From NCBI RefSeq assembly GCF_000039765.1, contig NC_004459.3, positions 2,211,127-2,243,126 of the forward strand: a stretch of DNA of 32,000 nt. The letters run 5' to 3'. This DNA is from Vibrio vulnificus CMCP6. GTDB lineage: Bacteria; Pseudomonadota; Gammaproteobacteria; Enterobacterales; Vibrionaceae. Made by a program: the position numbers and the translations under genes. The number at the start of each line of letters is the position of its first letter. The stretch's first letter is position 1. Positions 26,630 to 32,000 of this stretch are shown one piece after another. The notes under the pieces are model-generated. The model had not been told where the DNA came from. It saw only the letters and a list, made by a program, of their open reading frames with translations, and did not search any database.

Positions 26630-28468
26630 ATGACCCTACCTTTTCTTTTTCATGCGCAAACGCCGGATTATTTCCGCGTTGAGAATCAAATCGCTCACGT
26701 TACCTTAAGAACTCAGCCTGAAGGAATTCAAGCCGTCTACCTGCGGCACGAGCCTGACAATGAAGAGTACTTAGTAGAAATGCAGCGAGTCTCTAAGTTA
26801 GGGGAACTCGATGGCTGGCAAGCGTCATTCCCTTTGAATAAAGACCGAGAGATCACCCAGTACGTTTTCAAAGTGATCACAGAAGGTGCCACTGTCTGGT
26901 TAGACGCTCGTGGCGTACAGAAACGGATGCCAGGCAGCGAGTACCATTTCAAATACAACCAATCTCATCAGCCGCCAGAGTGGGTGAGTGAGCAGATTTT
27001 CTACCAAATTTTCCCTGATCGATTCTGTAATGGTAACCCAGAGATCAGCGTTAAAAGTGGCGAATACTCGGTAAAAAATGGCACACGCCCTGTGGTCGCA
27101 AAAGAGTGGGGAGCGGCCGTTGACAAACACAATGGCTATGGGGGTTGTGAGTTTTATGGCGGGGACTTGGCTGGCATTCGCAGCAAATTGGATTACCTGC
27201 AAACCTTGGGCGTGACAGCGCTCTATCTCAATCCGATTTTTTCGGCGCCGAGCAATCACAAGTACGACACCACTGATTACTTAACCATTGATCCGCATTT
27301 GGGAAGCAATCAAGAGTTTGCAGAGTTGAGCGAAGCGCTTCATCAACGCGGTATGAAAATTGTGCTTGATGCCGTTTTCAATCACACCTCATGTGAGCAC
27401 CCTTGGTTTGACAAAAATGGGGTAGGTGAGATAGGGGCCTATCACCACATCGAATCGCCTTATCGCCACTATTATTTTTTCGAAGACGGTAGCCAAAATT
27501 ATATTGGCTGGAAGGGCGTTGACAGTTTACCAGTACTGAATTTTGAAAATGCGGAGGTACGTAATTACATTTATGCCAGCGAACACGCGGCCATTCGCCA
27601 CTGGTTGAAAGCACCCTATCGAATCGATGGTTGGCGTTTTGACGTGATCCACATGCTTGGAGAAGGTGAAGGGGCGCGCAACAATGCCTACTATGTTAAG
27701 CAGTTCCGCAATGCGACTAAACAAGAAAACCCTCAAGCTTATGTATTAGGGGAGCATTTCTTCGAGGCGAGCAAGTGGCTCCAAGGCGATCAAGAAGACG
27801 GCTCGATGAATTACTACGGCTTTGCCCATCCAGTGAGAGCATTATTGGCCCAAAAAGACATTGCCTACCATCCTATTGAGATCGACTGCATCGATTTTGT
27901 TGATTGGCTAAATGAATCACGCGCTAAAGTACCTTGGCTTAACCAGCTCAGCCAGTTCAATCAACTTGACAGCCACGATACCGCACGTTTTATTACCTTG
28001 TTGGAAAATGACCAAGCGCGCATGAACATTGCTCTCGGCTTGCTGTTCACTTATGTCGGAACCCCTTGTATCTATTATGGTAGTGAAGTTGGACTGGAAG
28101 GTGAGAATGACCCAGATAACCGCCGCTGTTTCCCGTGGGAGCGTGTTGGTCATGTGGAGACGTTCCAATATCACCAACGTCTCATTGAACTTCGCAAAAC
28201 GTCTAAGGCGCTGCAGCAAGGGTCGATCCAATTTTTGCATGTTGAGCCAACGTCGTTCAGTTTTGCTCGTCAGTATGGTGAAGACACTCTGCTTGTGATG
28301 GTCAACTTAGATTCGAAGGCATGCTCTATGACGCTGCCAATTTGGCAACTTGGAAAGCCGCAAGGACGTCTGGTTTCCCTATTGGGTAATGAAAGTGCTT
28401 TGCAAGTAAATAGTAAAGTTGTGGTTAATATCTCTTCTGAATCCATTCAAATTTGGAAACTTGAGTGA
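26630..28468 (+). CDS. malZ: GH13 alpha-amylase-superfamily enzyme, maltodextrin glucosidase/neopullulanase-like
   Basis: 'IFYQIFPDRFCNGNPE', 'YLNPIFSAPSNHKYDTTDYLTIDPHLG', 'DGWRFDVIHM' (nucleophile region), 'YVLGEHFFEAS' (acid/base) and 'FNQLDSHDTARF'. MTLPFLFHAQTPDYFRVEN at 26630 is a more natural MalZ-type N-terminus than the 26534 track start. Confidence 0.85.
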   Translation: MTLPFLFHAQTPDYFRVENQIAHVTLRTQPEGIQAVYLRHEPDNEEYLVEMQRVSKLGELDGWQASFPLNKDREITQYVFKVITEGATVWLDARGVQKRMPGSEYHFKYNQSHQPPEWVSEQIFYQIFPDRFCNGNPEISVKSGEYSVKNGTRPVVAKEWGAAVDKHNGYGGCEFYGGDLAGIRSKLDYLQTLGVTALYLNPIFSAPSNHKYDTTDYLTIDPHLGSNQEFAELSEALHQRGMKIVLDAVFNHTSCEHPWFDKNGVGEIGAYHHIESPYRHYYFFEDGSQNYIGWKGVDSLPVLNFENAEVRNYIYASEHAAIRHWLKAPYRIDGWRFDVIHMLGEGEGARNNAYYVKQFRNATKQENPQAYVLGEHFFEASKWLQGDQEDGSMNYYGFAHPVRALLAQKDIAYHPIEIDCIDFVDWLNESRAKVPWLNQLSQFNQLDSHDTARFITLLENDQARMNIALGLLFTYVGTPCIYYGSEVGLEGENDPDNRRCFPWERVGHVETFQYHQRLIELRKTSKALQQGSIQFLHVEPTSFSFARQYGEDTLLVMVNLDSKACSMTLPIWQLGKPQGRLVSLLGNESALQVNSKVVVNISSESIQIWKLE

Positions 28469-28522
28469 CAGTTCTGGCACAATCTATTAATATTTGAGCT
28501 GTTCTCAAACAAAAGACATTAG

Positions 28523-28560
28523 ACCCTTTGACACGCTTTGGCGGTCAAAGGGTTTTGTTT
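28523..28560 (+). terminator. Strong terminator-like hairpin between malZ-like gene and GGDEF gene
   Basis: ACCCTTTGAC (28523-28532) pairs perfectly with GTCAAAGGGT (28544-28553); the inner CGC/GCG can also pair; tail TTTTGTTT. Confidence 0.85.
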
Positions 28561-28581
28561 CTCAGCATTCTTGGTTATCGA

Positions 28582-30075
28582 ATGAGTAAAAAAAGACAAT
28601 TTAGCCGACGCTTTGTGGTGTTATTCCCCGCGTTGATTTTTTTGGCTGTGATCTCTATGACGGTCAAGAATTACTACGATTCGATCAATCGACACATCGA
28701 TGAGGAGTACGAACGCATTGATCGGATGCTGACGAGAAGCATAAAAATTCTAACCGCCTTGGAATACAGCTTTAGTAGTTACACCGACGACGGTTATTCG
28801 ATTTTGAGTAATCACAACAACAAACAAGAAAATGGTTTGTGCTTTATTTGGCCGATTGATCCGCTCTTAATGGCCGACGGCATGGTCCCCGATCAGCCTG
28901 AAGTGGACATCGACTACATGCTGGCAGGGTTACCGGAGTTGTGCGCGCCTGGAAGTTATTTAAATCAACGAGTCAGTGAGAAATCAGGGTTTGCTCCGTC
29001 GCTTTCCTTTTTACATGATCTCGAGCCGTTTATGGTCAGTATTCTTTACATCGACAAGCACGGTTACGTGATTTCATCACCAGAAACGTATGCGGCATCG
29101 TTCAGTGTTGAGTTGCTCGATACTTTAAAAGCCCGTCCTTTTTGGCAGAAAACCGCCAGTAATCCCGGTCGAGTGACGTTTTCTGGCCCAGGCTATGAAT
29201 TTGATATCAAAACCGCGACGCAAGAGTCTCGGTATTCACTCAGTATCCCGGTATATGAGAAAGGTGAGCATCAAGGAATGCTGCTCATCAGTATTGAAGC
29301 GAAGACACTGCTCACCACCAATAAACAGTTGGCAGGTGAATTTCATTTGTGGAATACCGAGTCACCCATACCGCCAAATGCTTTGCGCGTGCGCGACATT
29401 GACTTCCCAACACTCAATGACTCTCACGTTATTTTCTACACTTTCGATTGGACTCGAGAGCTAAAGAACTTTGTTTCTTACGAGAAATACAGCTTAGCGG
29501 CGGCGATTTTTATCTACCTGCTTTCGACCTTTACACTCTTTTTGGTCAACACTCGTCACGAACGTCAGTATTTTAAAGATCTCGCCACCAAAGATCCGAT
29601 GACAGGACTACTCAATCGACGTGGTATGCAGTCGGTTTGGCGAAACAAGATCACCAAAAAGAAAATTGCTTTAGCCGTGTTTGATATTGATAACTTTAAA
29701 TCGATCAATGATAGCCATGGCCATGATGTGGGTGATGAAGCGATCAAATTAGTGGCCAGTTGTATTCGCGACAATATTCGCCAATGCGATGTTGCGTCTC
29801 GATTTGGCGGTGAAGAGTTTGTCATTACCCTTTATGGCGATGAGTGCGATGGCATGGAGAAAGTGCTCGCGAGAGTTCGTGAAGCCGTTAATGAACGGTC
29901 ACCTCAAGTGGTGAGACATGGTTTTACCATTTCGGCAGGCGTGGTGATACGTGAAATGGGCGCAGGTGACAGCTTTGACGCTTTATTCAAAGCTGCCGAT
30001 GACAGTCTTTACCAAGCGAAAAACAGTGGTAAAGACAAAATTGTTTACTGTGCCACCTCGAGCTGTTCGCGATAG
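28582..30075 (+). CDS. Membrane sensor diguanylate cyclase (Cache-like periplasmic domain + GGDEF)
   Basis: TM segment '[18 protein letters not shown]', extracytoplasmic region, TM '[19 protein letters not shown]', then '[12 protein letters not shown]' and '[18 protein letters not shown]' with active-type GGEEF and RxxD I-site spaced by 5 residues. Confidence 0.93.
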   Translation: MSKKRQFSRRFVVLFPALIFLAVISMTVKNYYDSINRHIDEEYERIDRMLTRSIKILTALEYSFSSYTDDGYSILSNHNNKQENGLCFIWPIDPLLMADGMVPDQPEVDIDYMLAGLPELCAPGSYLNQRVSEKSGFAPSLSFLHDLEPFMVSILYIDKHGYVISSPETYAASFSVELLDTLKARPFWQKTASNPGRVTFSGPGYEFDIKTATQESRYSLSIPVYEKGEHQGMLLISIEAKTLLTTNKQLAGEFHLWNTESPIPPNALRVRDIDFPTLNDSHVIFYTFDWTRELKNFVSYEKYSLAAAIFIYLLSTFTLFLVNTRHERQYFKDLATKDPMTGLLNRRGMQSVWRNKITKKKIALAVFDIDNFKSINDSHGHDVGDEAIKLVASCIRDNIRQCDVASRFGGEEFVITLYGDECDGMEKVLARVREAVNERSPQVVRHGFTISAGVVIREMGAGDSFDALFKAADDSLYQAKNSGKDKIVYCATSSCSR

Positions 30076-31001
30076 TGATGCAGATGCTCAACGATGCTTT
30101 CCACTTGCGTCAAGGTGCGAATATCGCGGAATAGGTCAGCCGCTTGTGGGTATGCTTGGCGCAAATAAGCAAACCACTGCTTGATACGATTTGGGTAATA
30201 TTTCCCTTTGTCGCCACGCACTTCGTATTGGGTGTATTTGAGCAATAAATCCACCACTTCGTGCCACGGCATCGCACGGTGATTGTGCTTAACGATGTTG
30301 CCCAAGTTAGGCACGTTTAATGCGCCACGGCACACCATCAAAGAATCGATGCCAGTGGTTTCAATACAGGCTTGACCATCGGCATAGTTCCAGATTTCGC
30401 CATTAGCAATCAAAGGAATCGTGGAACGTTGGCGGATTTGGTCAATGTAATCCCATTTGATTTCACTCGCTTTATAGCCGCCAGCTTTGGTTCTTGCATG
30501 GACGGTTAATTCATCCGCTTTGCCTTGCTCTACCGCGTCCACAATCTCGAAACAATCTTCCGGGTTTTCCCAGCCCAAACGAATTTTGGCGGAAACTGGA
30601 ATGTGCGAGGGCACTGCATCACGACACGCTTTGACCACTTGATAGATTAGTTCCGGGTGTTGCAGCAGCGCTGCGCCCCCTTTGCTTTGATTAACCATCT
30701 TTGCCGGACAACCAAAGTTTAGATCGATACCATGCGCACCGAGCTGCGCGGCGCGGATAGCATTTTCGGCCATCCAGTGGGGATCTTGGCCTAACAGCTG
30801 CACTTTGACAGGAACACCATTTTTTGTTTTTGACCCTTGTTTCAGTTCAGGGCAGAGGCGATAAAACACATGGTCTGGGAGTGGTTGGCTGACAACGCGA
30901 ACAAACTCAGTGACACAAAAATCGTAGTCATTGATTTCGGTAAGCATCTCTCGCATCAGGTGGTCGAGCACACCTTCCATCGGTCCCAATATCACTCGCA
31001 T
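30045..31001 (-). CDS. dusC: tRNA-dihydrouridine(16) synthase
   Basis: 318 aa. '[37 protein letters not shown]', '[26 protein letters not shown]' (catalytic Cys region) and 'VSAKIRLGW'. The DusC-type start resembles E. coli DusC more than DusA/B. Confidence 0.92.
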   Translation of the reverse strand: MRVILGPMEGVLDHLMREMLTEINDYDFCVTEFVRVVSQPLPDHVFYRLCPELKQGSKTKNGVPVKVQLLGQDPHWMAENAIRAAQLGAHGIDLNFGCPAKMVNQSKGGAALLQHPELIYQVVKACRDAVPSHIPVSAKIRLGWENPEDCFEIVDAVEQGKADELTVHARTKAGGYKASEIKWDYIDQIRQRSTIPLIANGEIWNYADGQACIETTGIDSLMVCRGALNVPNLGNIVKHNHRAMPWHEVVDLLLKYTQYEVRGDKGKYYPNRIKQWFAYLRQAYPQAADLFRDIRTLTQVESIVEHLHHYREQLEVAQ

Positions 31002-31123
31002 CTTTATTCTGGCCTCTCAAAAAATGAGGCGCGATTGTAGCGATTCACTGAGAGCTTGTCACGAGAAGAGGCAAGGAGAGAGGCTTTTCATGATTTAATC
31101 CCCCCATTTACTTTGCTTAGGTA

Positions 31124-31129
31124 TATAAT
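31124..31129 (+). promoter_or_regulatory. Candidate -10 element for the SEC-C protein gene
   Basis: TATAAT in 'cttaggtaTATAATccgg', 31 bp before ATG 31161. Confidence 0.5.
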
Positions 31130-31160
31130 CCGGCCAAATTGAACAACAAGTGTTTCAACG

Positions 31161-31769
31161 ATGCAATATCAATTAATTGAATTCAATGACGCTTCCAGCC
31201 AAGCTTCTGCTTGGTTTATTGAAGGCGCAGTTTTAGCGGCGAACTTAACGATTCAACCGACCGATCCTGATACCTGGTTAACCGAGTTGCTGGGGGATGT
31301 GTCTGCCGAGCTTCGCGCGGCTGTGACGGAGCAAATTCATAAGCAGCATAATCGGATTTTACGCAATGAATATTCATTGCTCGAGCTCGTAGGCGATGAA
31401 AGAGATAACTTGGCCGACTTTGCTGAAGGTTTTATGTCTTTGTGGCCAAGAGTTGAAGAGCAATGGCAATCCGCCATCGTCAATGACGGCACTCAACGCA
31501 TGATGCAGGCGCTCTTTACCAGCTTTATGTTGGCCATTGATGAAGAGAGTACTCAACAGCAAATGCTCGCTGCGGGAATTGAAGCGCCTCCCGCTTTGAG
31601 CGATTTCATTGACCAAATGGATTTGATGATCAACGAAGTGGCGCTTGCCGCCGATGAACTGATGGTTGGCAACAAATCACAAAGTTTGAATCCTTTCAAA
31701 GGAGTAGGGCGAAACGACCCTTGTCCTTGTCAAAGTGGCAAAAAATTCAAACAGTGTTGTGGCCAATAA
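31161..31769 (+). CDS. YecA/UPF0149-family protein with C-terminal SEC-C zinc motif
   Basis: 202 aa. '[25 protein letters not shown]' and C-terminal '[23 protein letters not shown]'. Confidence 0.9.
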   Translation: MQYQLIEFNDASSQASAWFIEGAVLAANLTIQPTDPDTWLTELLGDVSAELRAAVTEQIHKQHNRILRNEYSLLELVGDERDNLADFAEGFMSLWPRVEEQWQSAIVNDGTQRMMQALFTSFMLAIDEESTQQQMLAAGIEAPPALSDFIDQMDLMINEVALAADELMVGNKSQSLNPFKGVGRNDPCPCQSGKKFKQCCGQ

Positions 31770-31782
31770 TCAACACGCGACA

Positions 31783-31820
31783 AAAAACAGCCGACTCTGA
31801 ATGAGTCGGCTGTTTTTTTT
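31783..31820. terminator. Bidirectional terminator between SEC-C gene and dsbB
   Basis: AAAAACAGCCGACTC-tgaat-GAGTCGGCTGTTTTTTTT: over 11 perfect bp plus A/T tracts. Confidence 0.93.
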
Positions 31821-31846
31821 AACTGCAATCCGAGTCAGCGTCGGAA

Positions 31847-32000
31847 CTATTTTGATTTGAAAAACTGAGCAATAACGATAAATGCGAGCGCCACTAGGTT
31901 GCCAGCAAAAATAATCACCAACCATTGTGGCATCGAAAGTGTCATGAACTGCCATACGATTTTGCTACAGTCACCATAGGCTTCAAACATCCAAGGCGCC
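31847..32000 (-). CDS. dsbB: Disulfide bond formation protein B, C-terminal part only
   Basis: Reverse-strand reading at the window edge gives ...APWMFEAYGDCSKIVWQFMTLSMPQWLVIIFAGNLVALAFIVIAQFFKSK*, closely resembling the DsbB C-terminus (GDC...MPQWL). Confidence 0.85.
   Translation of the reverse strand, partial: APWMFEAYGDCSKIVWQFMTLSMPQWLVIIFAGNLVALAFIVIAQFFKSK

Noticed and set aside
1-32000. Search by eye for CRISPR arrays, tRNA/rRNA genes, transposases, integrases, toxin-antitoxin pairs, retrons and c-di-GMP riboswitches
   Set aside because: None found. The window is densely packed with housekeeping and signalling genes and shows no att-like repeats or accessory island. Covariance-model scans (Infernal/Rfam) would be needed to exclude small RNAs, especially in 22679-23019 and 23473-23736.

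Overview
This window is ordinary gamma-proteobacterial core chromosome, and the gene content and order look like Vibrio. I see no prophage, IS element, CRISPR array, tRNA/rRNA or defence island. Gene order from left to right: 3' part of an AhpD/carboxymuconolactone decarboxylase-like gene (-), AraC regulator (+), SulP transporter (-), PLP-dependent D-cysteine desulfhydrase/ACC deaminase-like enzyme (-), Cache-GGDEF-EAL protein (+), YgiQ-type radical SAM protein (-), two adjacent paralogous PAS-degenerate GGDEF-EAL-CBS proteins (+,+), an orphan membrane protein (+), a DUF4250-like small protein (+), metR (-)/metE (+), pta and ackA (-), yfbV (+), a three-gene ABC transporter operon (+), a MalZ/neopullulanase-like GH13 enzyme (+), a sensor GGDEF protein (+), dusC (-), a YecA/UPF0149-like SEC-C protein (+), and the 3' end of dsbB (-). 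The most interesting parts are: (1) the tandem PAS-pseudoGGDEF-EAL-CBS pair, with intact EAL catalytic motifs, ruined GGDEF motifs, and a possible link to the neighbouring orphan membrane protein; (2) a strong terminator-like hairpin ending only about 22 nt before the ATG of the sensor diguanylate cyclase, a candidate attenuated leader; (3) a 14-bp hairpin encoded in the last codons of metR that appears to serve as the terminator of the opposing small gene; (4) tandem MetJ-like boxes between metR and metE; (5) a hairpin between the binding-protein and permease genes of the ABC operon. I found no clear evidence of a wholly new multi-gene system.
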